NCBI GenBank assembly: GCA_000320545.1 | Contig: ADNK01002346.1 | Span: forward strand, 1 to 64,000 | DNA length: 64,000 bases | Origin: Bigelowiella natans CCMP2755 | Lineage: Eukaryota; Protista; Cercozoa | Direction of reading: 5' to 3' | Shown here: piece after piece, positions 46,207 through 60,111 of the stretch | How the letters are laid out: every line of letters starts with the position of its first letter | How positions within the stretch are numbered: the stretch's first letter is position 1 | Translations under genes and position numbers: made by a program | The notes under the pieces: model-generated | Seen by the model: the letters and a program-made list of their open reading frames with translations, nothing else | What the model was told of the DNA's origin: nothing | Database searches by the model: none

Positions 46207-47171
46207 CCTTTTTCATCGATCGAATCCTCCGATTTGCTGCCTTAGGTGTATCACCACTGAGTCTGATTCGAGAGGGAAAATTGAGGGTATTATTATATTA
46301 CTTACTTTTATTATTATACTACACCTGCTCCTCTGTCATTTTCTTCATTCATCTTTCACTGAGTTTGCTGCTATATACATAACACCAGCATTATTCAGTA
46401 ATAATTTTAATAAGCTGGGCCCTTCTACTACTACTACTACTACTACTACGTTTAACTGATAGATAAAGGGAAACAGAATGGCTCTTTTCAGGCTTCGATC
46501 AGTCTTTACAGGTAATCAGTGTCTTATTTTAGAATCTTCATGAGATTTTACAGGTTTCCTAAGTCGTACTGCATTTGACTTTGTTTCTCCTCAAGGCCAG
46601 AAACGTTCGCATACGGGTTTCGTTGGCAAAGACAATGACAACGCAGCAGAGGAGGCGGGGACAGCACAATTCAGCTGCTCCGAGGAGGATTTTAATCAGA
46701 TTATGGTTTGTGATTGAATTTAGGGTAGTAATGGGTAGTAGTAGTTGTAGGTGCATTGTTGGATATTATCATTATACTAGTAGTTGTTGTTATTCTAATA
46801 TTATCTTCTTGGATGGTAACTTACTACGAGGTTGATATTATTACCATCATCACGTCAAATATCGGCATAAAAAAGAGGAGTGAATGAAGTTTGAAAGACT
46901 TCTACTTATTATATTGCACAGAATCTGAAAGACACTGTAGGGAATCTACGTCAGGAAGTTGAAGGGCAGGAAGCAGTAATTAAGCACCACCAGCACCTTA
47001 GATATTATGCCTCTATCTTTCACAAATAATTGTTTTTCCTACCCTCTAACCACACTACTACGTGCTGCTATTGCTGCTATCATCAGCTAATCAATAAGAT
47101 GCTAGTCATCGAAGACTTAGAAAGTGCAGGCATCACTGCAGCGATGGGTTTCTTACTCAGACTAGAAGAAA

Positions 47172-47202
<31 letters not shown>

Positions 47203-48471
47203 TTTACTCACATGATGGATGGATGGCTGGCATCATCACCTACATTGCAAGCATAATTAATAACAAACATGATTCTATTGATTGATCTCCCTTTTGTACG
47301 TCCTACCTCATTAACATCATTATCATCATTATCATCACCATAATCATCAGGTATCTGGATATACCCTCTTCTCTACATTCCGTTTTTCATGGTGATATGC
47401 CTTGTTATCCTACTTCCTGCTGTTGGATACACCCATCACCGATTTTCGCCGGTACTACCAACTACTACTCGTAGCACAAGTATAAGTAGTTTGTAGTTTA
47501 TTATAGTAATGATGCGACAGCAGCCAACAGACACACACACACACACAACTTCAATGAAGTAAACAGTATTCAATCACACAAATATGCAAAATGTGGTATG
47601 TATGCAGGTTGTGTGGGGTCCGTTTATCTTGATTGAGGCAGTCGCTATCTACGTTGGATGTTCTAGGTAGTAGTAGTGGTAGTAGCCAAGGAGTAGTGGT
47701 GGTGATGATGATGATAATGATGATGATGATGACAACAGTACATACCAGTAGCCTTTTGAACAAACCGCCAAGTAGTTGGGGTGAATCTGCTTTAAGTAGT
47801 ATTTTTTGCATTTACATCGTCGTCAGCCCCACCAGCAGTATTCGGCGAAGCCTATTGGTTTTGTACGTCTTCTTCCGGATAGCATTTCGCTATAAAATGG
47901 CCAAATTACGAGCACAGAGCATGCCTGATGAGTTCTCTGATGCGTTCTGGGAAATAACTCATAGAATCACTGCTGAGGAGGTAGTAGTAGTGGTAGTAGC
48001 AGTAGTAGTAGTAGAGTAGTAAGGGAGGAGGATACGACGAGAGGGCAGAGGAATGAATTATCATATCATGATGATGATGATTATTATTATTATTATTATT
48101 ATATAAGCGAGAAATCTCTTTTATAATATTGGATTTTTGATGTATAGCACAGCAATGATGTGTATGTAATACACACGGCTAATGGTCACTACAATTTATG
48201 AAACACTTAAATATGTTAAAGGTGTACCGATCTATACTTATTGTCCAAGGTCTTTATATTAAGCTGGGGCAGGTAATGAATGATACTCACCACAAAGAGG
48301 AGGGGCTTGCAGTATAAGCGTGGATAGTATCATTACTATTATTATTATTATTATTATTATTATTATGGTGATGCTGTTTGCTCACGTTCATTCATCCCTC
48401 CAAATGAGAAGTAGTTGCCGTACCTTAACAGCACACACCCCTATCTAATAGTACAAATACTTGTAATTATA

Positions 48472-48502
<31 letters not shown>

Positions 48503-48681
48503 TAATAGGCTATGAGTGGCAGAGCAGATATCCTTCCGAAGCCCTTTACCAAGTAGAAAGCATACTAGTACTGTTTATCTTATCGTATATCACCAATGAT
48601 GATCATCAACAGTATGAAGAAACAATGACTAAAAATAAGCAAACTGTTGATGATGTAATAATAGTAATAATAACAATAATG

Positions 48682-48712
<31 letters not shown>

Positions 48713-49401
48713 GGCAACTTAAAAAGCTTCAAGACTGCTTGGGGCAAGATTCTAAAGATCATGTTATCGAAACATTACAACATGAGCTCAAAGTCAAGGT
48801 AGTAATAGGGATAGTTGTACTTGTTCAGACCTACCAACATGATAATGCTGCTTATCTTCCCTTCTTCTTCTACTCTCTTCTACTCTCTTTCTTCTTTTCC
48901 CTCCCCTCCTTCATCTTCTTTATGCAATACTTTGTTTGCACTTAAAAGTCGTATATGGATATCTTCTCCGACTTCGATTTCAATGCAGTTGCCTCTGCCT
49001 CGATTGCACAGGTAGTAGATATACTATTCTCTTGTTCTTGTTCTTGTTCTTGTTGTAGTTCTTCTTCTTTATCTTCTTCCTCTTCTCTCATTGACTGCTA
49101 TACTACAATCATTGTCATCATCATCATCATCATTAAAATCATAATCTTTCATGATCATAAATAAGGTACACAAGGCCAGGTTGAGGAATGGGGGAGGAGT
49201 TGTAGCTGTAAAGCTGCAGCATAAAGGAGTTGAACAAGTCATGAAACGTGACGCTGTCCTGGTACTAATAACGATGATAATAAAAACAATAACAATAATA
49301 GTAATTAACAATATGAATGTAATGTGAATGAGTGTAAAACGGGTATTCTTCTCCTTTTTCCTCGTTTACAACTACTACTGCTACTACCACCAATACTACT
49401 A

Positions 49402-49433
<32 letters not shown>

Positions 49434-50531
49434 TAATCTCTTCTTCTTTGTTATTATAGGTGAAGTACCTTTTCCGGTTGACAGGTTGGGCATTTCCCAA
49501 GCAAAAACCTGTTTTCGATGCTATCACAGAATTTGTCAAGAGGGTAGTAATTTCATGAATGAATGGTGGAAGAGACACAAGAAGAACAAACACACTATAG
49601 TGATGTGTCATGCTACATTATTAACTGCTGTGTTAGTATCACACCTATAAATATCATAACGTCGTTTTCTTGTGTGTTGTGCCCCATAATCTCTTCCTAC
49701 TGCCTCCTCCTCCTCCTTTTCCATCCACACTAGTATTATGTAGTTATCTATGGTGCTCTACACAAGTAGTGGGAGGGAGGGCGGAGTTGAGGATTCTTCT
49801 CCTTGATGATGATGATGATGATGATGTGTATTGTGTTTAGATGGAACCAGAGCTAGATTTTACTCAAGAAGCAGAGTGTCTACGTGTCGCTAACAAAACT
49901 ATTCAATCCGCAGGGGAGGTCTGATGATGTGATGATGATGTGATGATAATGATTATAATGATACTTCTGCTGCTATGTTATGTATATGCTATTCTTGATG
50001 GCAGTGAGAACAAGAAAAAGAAGAAGAAGAAGAATAAAGAAGAAGCTGACATTCATGATAGCCAATTTAACTCAAAAATGTGCATGGAAGAGAAGAGGCC
50101 AGATTCCTCTACCTTGATGTTGTCTAAATATGCCGTCGTCAGCATCCTTGCTTGCTACTGTGCTCTTTCTCACACTAGTTGAATCACCGGTGATCGTGCT
50201 ACATTGATATTAAAATATATAACATGCGTCATCTTCGTCGTCATCATCATCATCATCATCGTCGTCATAATAAATAATCACAGCTTTCAAAGCGGGTTTC
50301 TATTCCATATCCAGTAGAAGGATTAGTAACGAGGTGTAATCTATGCAATCATAATAATGATAATAGTACTATATCATACATACATACATCCCTACTACCG
50401 TTGATACGTTTCTTGTTTATGTCGCTTGTATAAATGGTAGTAGTAGTAGTAGTAGTAGTAGTAGTGTGACCCTGATGATGATGACAATGATATACGTCGT
50501 AGGCGAGTTCTTGTGATGGATTGGATCCAGG

Positions 50532-50590
<59 letters not shown>

Positions 50591-51973
50591 GTATCTATTG
50601 TATTGTAGTACCAACAGCAGCAGCAGCAGTTGTAGTAATAACATCTATCAAAGGCAAATGCAAAGAGCACGCAATAAATCAATCAATTAATCATCAAGTT
50701 ACCTACCCCCCACAGGCAAGTAGAGTACCAAACTCCGAAGATGATGACTCCCTGGATACTGAGCAAAGACTTGATGTACTACTTATATTGCTACTTCTTC
50801 CTACCTACCACTTGTCTTTGTTTCTTTATTTCTAGGAAAGAATATAGTCCTTACAATCATCTATCATTATCATCATCATCATCATCATCGTCTTCTTTGT
50901 ACCTCTATTATAGGTGGCCAATTCTATGGTTTATGCGTTTGCACATTTAATGTTGGTCAAAGGTGCTACATAACATGTGATGATATCATCATTATTATCA
51001 TCATCATCATCATCATCATCATTATCCTCCTACTAATACTACTAATACTACTAATACTACAAATGATAGGCGAGTTCATGTGCGACCCTCATCCTGGAAA
51101 CTTCCTAGGTTTTATCTCTCTCTAGCTACTTACTATATCGTTATGCCTTCTTCTTCTTCTTCTTCTTTGTGCGGCTGCTTGCTCGATGATGACGATAACG
51201 CTACTGAACGAAGGAAAGGAAAAAAGGACACATTATTATTATTATATTTATTATTATTATTAAAAAAACAACGAGGAAGATAAAATTTGATTTCAATCTT
51301 TTTCTCTGTTATTGTTATTGTTGTAGTAAAACCGCGGCAGCTGCACAAAACGACATCGATTAATAAGAAGAAACCGTTTGAATACTCCGTTACCCCCTCC
51401 AAACAACGATGGAAAGAAGACGAGAAGGGTGAGACAGTTAGTTAGTAATGATGCACATACCAAGCTTGCCGCATCATCGTATATCGTACGAGTGATATAT
51501 CGATTCATGTACTCCTTTGGCAAATGATGCATACATTAGGAACACCACCAAGGTCTATGAAGAAGAAGAAGAAAAAGAGTATGCAACCACCACGCCAACA
51601 GCACCACTCAAAGAGCTTTGATTTGACCAACAACAGTCGTCATCGTCATCGTCGTGATTATTACCATTATACTTCTGCTGCTGCTTCTTCTTCCACTTCC
51701 ACAACAACAACAACAACTACTACTACTACTACTACTACTACCGAGGAGAAAGAACAAGGTGGTGATAGTGATCATAGGAATAAAGTCTACTATCGACGCC
51801 ATTATGGCTCAGAGGGTAAAAGTGGGTCCTTTGACAACAACAACAACAACAACAACAACACCTACGACAGCGACAGCAGCAGTTGGAATAGTACAAGAAG
51901 ATCTGAAACAATGTTACCCTGGAATACAGGGACGGAACTTGTGATTCTTGACTTTGGTAGGTATAGCACTAAT

Positions 51974-52006
<33 letters not shown>

Positions 52007-52299
52007 CTACCAGAAGAGGTAGATTATGGGGTAAAAAAAGAGAAGATAATGCCAATAATTCATATGATGACTTACAAAAGAACGTGTATGTGCGTGTACT
52101 TGCGGTATTTGTTCTTTTATCACATGTTAAAGTCTTCTTCTTTCCCCAACCACTCCTGTGTTTTTTAATTCATTTTTCATTAAAGGAATGTCAGCTAAAT
52201 TAAGGGAGGAGGCTAGGGAAGGATTTTGTGAGCTGCTTTTAGCCATACAGGTGCGTGTGTGTGTGATGTATATATGATTTAAGATAATGAAACAATGAA

Positions 52300-52337
<38 letters not shown>

Positions 52338-52559
52338 ATTAGTGATTATGATGATGGTGGTAATAATACAGGACGGGGTAGTAGAGCGCATGCTCTCAGC
52401 TTTGAACAAGATTGGAATCAGGTTCATTAGAAGAAGAAGAAGAAGAAGAGGAGGAAGAAGAAGAAGAAAGACTATATATTATGGTGGTAGTGGTGGTGAT
52501 AGTGCCTTGATGCTTATTTTTTGTTTCCTATCTCCTCATCATCATCATCATCATCATCG

Positions 52560-52591
<32 letters not shown>

Positions 52592-53623
52592 GACAACAAA
52601 TTGATTATTAGTCTTATTCATTCTACCACTACAAGGTTAAATAAAATATCGGATAAGGATGCTGATAACATTATGACCTTCCTCACGCACTATTATCGTG
52701 ATACTGGTATTACTACTTTCCTGCTCACCAATTCATGAGAAATTATGCTGATGATGATGATTATGATGATGATTATGATGATGATTATGATGATGATTAT
52801 GATGATAAAAGCCAACGTCATCATCATATCAAATATAGTATTTTCTTCCTCCTCCTCCTCCTCCTCCTCCTCTTCTTCTTCTTCTTCTTTGTATTTGTTG
52901 TCGCTATTGTTATTGATTTTCTTCCTTCGTATCATACAGCCCCGGCAAAGGAGAATCGTGCAAAATTCCTAGAGTTTGTCAAAGCAGCACGCAAACGAAG
53001 GTTGGCCAATGATGAATAAACAACACTTGAAGTAGTGCGATTGCAGCATGTATTATGACTACTACTACTACCACTACTACAGAGAGGTGGAGAAGAAAGA
53101 AGGCAAAAAAAGCCAGATGTTCTTCGAGAAAGTCCCTGTCGACTGGTAATACTACTAGTAAACAAACAATATAGAACAACTACTACTACTATTACTGGCA
53201 GCAGTAGTGATGACGTGCTAATGTTGGTCGCTTGCTTGCTTCTTTCTCTCCCCAAAAAACCCTTTTCCTTTCTTTTTCCTACTCACATCCTTCATCTTCG
53301 AGTACATGAATAAATCAATCTATCAATCAATCGATTGCTCTTTATTGATTGATGTTCCACAAAAAGCACCTGCGGTAACACGATTAGCTGCTACTAGTGC
53401 TGCTTCTTCATTTACATCGTATTGTTGGAAATGTTTCTTCTTATTCTTATTACTACAGGGTATACTACAACCGAACATACTCTCTACTTCGAGGTGATAA
53501 TGATGATGATGGTGATGATGATGATGAGGAGGAGGAGGAGGAGGAGGAGGAGGATGGTGATGGCGGTAGTGATGGAACACGATTGCATTGACTATTTGTC
53601 TAATGCTACATTAAAGCCAGTAT

Positions 53624-53657
<34 letters not shown>

Positions 53658-54119
53658 CATAAAACCGCTCTTGTGAATTGTGTTGTTGTTTTTGCCCTCC
53701 TCAGAGAGAGCGTATTTGTGTCTCCCCATCTTCCTTTTCCTATCTAATGCTGTGGATGATATTATATCCGTTGTTGTTTTGTTGTTATTTATCATTATCG
53801 TTTGATGATTTGCTGCTGTATAATGTTGTACATCCTTCTCTTCCTGACCATTATCATTTCTTCATTATACTTCCACTTCTACATCGTCATCATCATCAAA
53901 CAACAACTACTACTACTACTACTACTACTACTACAATCAGGTGCGTGTTGTCAGTTGGGTGCAAGAGTGCCTGTACTTGAAATATTCTCTCAAGCAGCAA
54001 GGAGAGGCCTAGAGATTAGTCGTAGGAGGAAGAGATTAGCACCACGGGAGGAGCAGGAGAGGAAGATGATCTCTGAGAAAGAAGAAGGAGCACTCATTAA
54101 TACGAACAAGCCAACGTAA
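45374..54119 (+). CDS. ABC1/UbiB (ADCK/ABC1K) atypical kinase with N-terminal SCP2-like lipid-binding domain and two predicted transmembrane helices
   Basis: Kinase motifs GLYIKLGQ, AVASASIAQ|VHKARL, VAVKLQ, ELDFTQEA, VLVMDWI, CDPHPGN and LVILDFG. The N-terminal exons (45374-45598, 45855-45919, 45991-46064, 46246-46286, 46463-46511) splice in phase and end in PLSLIREGKLRIKGNRMALFRLRSVF. Confidence 0.88.
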
Positions 54120-54171
54120 TCATAAGTGCTATAGCATAGCAGTACGACGAGAAATGACCAATTGCTTCACG

Positions 54172-54205
<34 letters not shown>

Positions 54206-54784
54206 AACCATAATTAAAAAGTAAGACGATCTACAATGAGAGCTTACTACCAAATATTAGTGCTGAAACACATTGGGAGTATCTCTTTTTCCTCGGACTT
54301 GATTCTTAACAATTGTGCTTTAAGTGAGCAGCATCATCATCATCATCGTAACAACCATTCTTCGTCGTTACATTGTTTCCCCAATATGTGGTAATTTATT
54401 GTTACACATTGCTTGTTGGTACATAGAATAAGAACAGGGGGTGGAAGGAGCATCCGTCTCCATGCCTTTGTACTCACTATCACAATGGTACTACTAACTA
54501 ACAATTCTTGTCATTTCTTGTATTAGTTTTATGTTGTTATCATCATCTTTCTTCATCAGGTAGTTTGATGATAGATGACAGAACTTAAATATATAGTAGT
54601 TTTTCGAAATAATGATATCAAAGCTGATGTCATTTATACAAAGTAGTTTCTCATAACATCTACTACCTTGCAGGCTGCACTTATCACCGTAGGCATTCTT
54701 ATGGTGCTACTACTACTTCTGTTTTTTAATTCGTTGAATTCATGATGATATTTTATGCTGCTGGTTATTGAACGTTGCTGTCTG

Positions 54785-54833
<49 letters not shown>

Positions 54834-55099
54834 AGTATATTCTCCCTATGTAGCCGTTGATTAAAGCAATGATGAATTTGTTTCTGTGAATTATGAAGAC
54901 TTGCTCTGTTGTATATGATCATTTTCGAGTTGTTCCATAGTACACGTCGTCATCGTTAGCCTCTTATGGACTAAAAACAGATACCAACAGATTGACAAGG
55001 TTATCATAAATATCAACAGATTGACAAGGTTGTCTATCGGTCGTTTAGGATACGTGTGCTCTAAGGTTATTATTCCATTTATCATCATTTAGATCGATC

Positions 55100-55780
55100 T
55101 CCTCTAGCTAGCTAGATCATCATCGTCGCTGTCAGATATGCGTATTACTACGCACACACGATGCATTCAGCACCTTCTGACCATGCATTTAGTACATGCA
55201 TGCATGTGTTCGTGGTAAATGCGCCAAATGAAGCTCTAGAGCTCTTCTAGTCGCAGGTCTAGAGGTGCATGCACCACGCTAATGCGCTACCCTTGCTAGG
55301 CTTGCGCCCCTCTAGCTAGCTAGCTAGCTAGCCCTTCGTTTGTGTCAATGTTGCTAGCTAGCTATGCTAGACCTAGTAGCTGTGAGACGGTGTGGATCTC
55401 TTGCTACTGTCTAAGACCTCTTTAGCTACCTAGGTTTAGACCCAGCTAGACAGCAGCTAGCAGCTAGACTAGTTGGTAGAGCATGCCAGTCTGCAGTGTG
55501 CAGTCTAGCAGTGTGCATCTAGACATGAACAAGAGCACCACTGCTAGACTGCACAATGATTGCTCTGTCTGCTCATTCTAGCATTGCATGTAAATGTGCA
55601 CAGAGCAATGACGCAAAGTGTCTGAGAAACTAGCTTTTGATGCGCAATGATGCGAATGATGGCATAACTGTTTGGTGTGTGCCACATCTAGACATTTGGC
55701 GTTTGCATGCACTTTGCTAGCGGCGTGTTGATATTTTGCAGCACATGTAACTTCTCGGCGTCAACTAACATGCGTCAACA
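55100..55780. other. Strongest internal CTAG-rich, TpA-depleted island, in a convergent gap
   Basis: Hand count about 28 CTAG in about 620 bp; every TA between 55220 and 55588 is in CTA or TAG context. Confidence 0.9.
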
Positions 55781-56123
55781 TATCCCGATGACACCACTAT
55801 TAATATTTACAAAATTACTGAGCACATAAGATCGCTTATCTGTCATTTGAGGTTTTCCAGCATCTATTTCTAAAGCTACTACACATGCTACAATCTTGCA
55901 AGCTACAACCATTCATTCTAACCACATATTGCGTTTCTGCCCTCCCCAATTATTATGTTATACGTTGGTTTGTCACACTTTAGCCATCCTCGCAATCTTT
56001 GACATCGTTTTTGTTGTTGCTGCTGCTGTTGTTATCGTAGTAATTCTTGGATTTCCTCCTCTCTTCTTGGTAGTATCCATTCACTGATTGACTGACACAC
56101 TACTCTCTATGTTGATTGGGTAC

Positions 56124-56154
<31 letters not shown>

Positions 56155-56557
56155 GGTGATGATGATGATGAGATGTTGCCCTGCTTTGATTTCAGTCCTC
56201 CTCCTCCTCCTCCTCCTCCTCCTCCTCCTCATTCTCCCCTCCTTCTCTTGTTACCATGTGCTAGAATGCTCTCATCATTATTCGTTATCTTGACGCCTCT
56301 CCTGATGGTCTGATGCTCTAGATTTCTTCCTCTTTTCAATAATCATTTTGGTGTGGTGGTTGGGGTACTTGTGACGTGCTAGTAGGAGTAGTGGTAAGTA
56401 GTTGATATTATTGTTGTGCTAGAAGGAGAACAAAAAAAAGAAGAAGAAGAAGAAAGATTTTCAAAGATATCATGATCTAATGTCCTTTTTTCTTCCTTAT
56501 TCTTTACCACTACTTCTTCAGCAAACAACGACAATGCATCATCGTCAACAGTATGCT

Positions 56558-56591
<34 letters not shown>

Positions 56592-56593
<2 letters not shown>

Positions 56594-57884
56594 ATGATGA
56601 TGTCGTCATCCTTTCTAATTGTTTGATGACAGGAGTAGCATCACCCGCACCATCACCACCACCATCACACTGAGCAGTCTCTGTAGTGGGAGCAGGAGCA
56701 GCAGCAGCTTGAATAATACTACTGCTACTACTAGCAGCTTGAATAATACTACTGATACTACTAGCAGCTTGAATACTACTACTACTGATACTACTACTTA
56801 TTGAAGCTTTTGCTTCAATAAGTTTATGAGCACAGCAATATTTACCATTTCTTGCGGCAAGGTATAGAGCGTCTTCTCCATTTCTAGTTTTTGCGTTGAC
56901 GTTTGATTTAGCATGCAGCAGCTCTGATATAATTTTGCTCCGACCGAAAGTTGCCGCACACATAAGTAGAGACTTGGGGTTTGAGGATTTGACAAGATAC
57001 TGCTTTATTGACCCAACTAAAAATGATGATGATAACGATGCTGGAAGGATTCTCTCTGATTCTTGCCAACGTAATTTGCTAGCAATGTCCTTCGCATCAT
57101 CACCCTCTTTGATGCTGTTTGCTATACTAACAATATTTTTTTGGTACTCAAGAAGCTGCGCCCAAATATCGGTTGGATTGTAAGATGGAACAACGTTCTT
57201 CATGGTGTAGTAGCCTCCTCCGAAGATAGCATCAAGATCAGCACCTGCTTCTACTAACAGCCTGAAGCAAAATGGTCTATTGTGCATGGTACAGACGATG
57301 AGAGGGGGGGGAAGGTGAGGAGTGGCGCCAGCAGCGTTAGCAAATAGCGACGAGAAGGAGAAGTGAGGTGTATAACGGGGATGATGGTAATCTATTCTTG
57401 CTTTATGCTGCAGCAATAGTTTCACTGCGTACGTGTTGCCGTATTTGCAAGCGCAAAGCAGCGGATTATTTCTAAAAATGAAGCGATTTGTAGTAGCAGT
57501 AGTAGTAGTAGGAGGAGGAGGAGGAGGAAGAGTAGGAGAGGTATTGTGAAATATGTCAAACATCTCGATGTCGCTTTTGCCCTGTATCAGAAGTTCAAGT
57601 ACAGACGATGACGGATGTAGTCCTCCTCCTCCTCCTCCTCCTCCTTCCACCAGAGATACTATTCCTCCTTCACCCTCTTGTATGATAGCTGTCACAAGGG
57701 GATTTCTCCCCATTCTGTCGTTGATAACCGGCGCTCCGTTGGTCAGTAGATATCTTACCATCTAACCAATGCAACAACAGCAGCAGCAGCATCGGTAGTA
57801 GTAGTGGTAGTAGTAGTAGAAGAAACGATATAGGTTAATAGTCATTAGTGAATCAGAAACCGCATCATTATCATCATCATCATT

Positions 57885-57916
<32 letters not shown>

Positions 57917-58120
57917 CACCACCAACTAAGTAGCATCATCTATGATGATTATGATGATGATAATGATGATGCTGCAACCAGGAATATAATCAAAAGCACG
58001 CATCTTCTTATTCCTCCTTCCCCCCCTCCTCATCACCAGTCTAACAATAAGACCACCAAAAAACAGCGACTACGACTACTACTACTACTACCACCACCAC
58101 TACTGCTTCTACTGTTATTG

Positions 58121-58153
<33 letters not shown>

Positions 58154-60062
58154 ATATTACTCACAACATTACCATGGACTTTGTGTTGTGCGGAGCGTGC
58201 GCAATGATATAAGTAAGGATGGTGTGGCCTTCATTAGATTGTATTAAGTCGAATAGACCCTTGAGGCTCAGCTTCGTTAAAGCCATGAGCTCATTTAGCT
58301 TGTTTTTCAGATCTTCCAGCTTCCCATCTAGGATGGCTGACCAGCAACAGCAAAGCACATCAAACTCCTTCCTCGTATAAGTGGTACTACTACTAGTAGC
58401 ATTTTGACAGTGATGCGTTCGTTGAGTTAAGGAGGAAGGAAGAACTGTTGTTGCTGCTATTGCTGGTGTTACTGCATTCCCCTTGAGTGTCTTAGCATCA
58501 ACTTCTCGAATAATGCATTCCTCAAATTTGAAAACAATCCTTTGATGATATCGTTCTTGTTGCTGCTGTGATGGGAGTGGTGGTCCTGGTTCTGGTGACG
58601 GCTTCTTCTTCTTCTTCTTCTTCTTCTTCTTCTTCATCGACTCTACGGATGATGATGAGGAGGAGGAGGAGGAGCGGGATGTGGATTGCTTTGTATTGGC
58701 ACTGTTGTTACTACAACTACTATTTTTGCATCCGTTGGTGGTAATGGAAGGAGAAGATAGAAGATTCTGACACACTATGTCATTCCTCCTTGTTGCCGTC
58801 TCCTCCTTCTCCTTCCTTCGATTACTTGTCGTAGCAGCACACGACGTTAGGGGTCCTGGTGATACTGGTGATGATACTGGTGATGATACTGGTGGTGGTG
58901 GTACCATACGACGTCTAACGTGCTTGGATTTGATCACACGTTCAAGTGCGATGCTTCTCCTGTCGCCACTGCCGTTCTGATGCCGAAAGACATTCATAAA
59001 ATCCATAATGCCCCTTCCTCCTTTATCTTTGTATTCCATATCCACAGGCCTTAAATATGCCTCGATCACATCAACTCTTCCATGCATTACTGCGAGCATC
59101 ATCGCAGTGACTCCTTTTTCATTCTGGAAGTAGTTAGTAGCAGTGGAAATGGAAAGAAGGTGGTTGTAATAATATCAATTAGACTTTGCTGAAAAGATTG
59201 CGGAGATGATGAACAACTGTGAGAGCAACACACTTTTAGGTGAATAATGGATGGGGAAGATATTATAATTACTTCTTTTCCTCCTCTAAAATATTTGACG
59301 ATTGGTTTGTTCTCGTGCTATAAGGTGTCGACTACTACTACTACTACTACGACTACTACTACTACTACATCTACATCTACATCTACATCTACATCTGGTC
59401 TCCTCCTTCTCCTCACTTGTTGTCACTACTACCTGGCAGTCTAAACTGGCCTTCGCATCAAGAAGGCTCTGTACAAGCTCCATGGGTAGTAGTAGTTTAC
59501 CCGCAGCAGCAATCATAAGTGCAGTAGTTCCTTTTGGGTATTTAATGTTTGGATCTGCCTTTGCATCAAGGAGAGCTTTAACAGCTTCTATGTAGCCTCT
59601 GCTCGTAGCAACAAGAAGGGGTATGTTCTCGAAAAGGGAAGAGGAGGAGGAGGAAGAGGAGGAAGAAGACGAGATGATGGATGTTTTCGTCGATGTCGTC
59701 GTCATATTGTCAGTCCTACAGATAGAAGAAGCTGCTGGATAAGCAGCCGCACCAGTCTTGCTGGAACAACTGCTACCAAAACTCTGACCACCGCCATTTG
59801 GGTTGCACTTGATCGAAAGAAGGTACCGAATAGTATCAATTTTGTTGTATTTAACGGCCATGGCAAGAGGGGATCGACCTAGCTCATCAGAAACGCAATC
59901 AAGCCGAACATTATTTTCGGAAAGAAGTTTTAGACAGTTTGTTTCCCCCATAGCTGCTATGCGGTTGATGAACTCTCTCCGACGATACGGTAGCAGTGAC
60001 GATTGCATCTCTCTGCAGGTCTCCTGTTGATTGCAAAACCCAAAATGTAAGGCACGCGTGAA

Positions 60063-60111
<49 letters not shown>

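Noticed and set aside
56340-56594. TAA and TAG flanking a (CAA)n run in frame after the ankyrin ORF, followed by protein-like text; suggests TAR=Gln reassignment
   Set aside because: MTFP1, the lipocalin and the ABC1 gene end at TAA at plausible C-terminal positions, and long exons contain no in-frame TAA/TAG. The standard code fits, so this is probably 3' UTR or a decayed extension.
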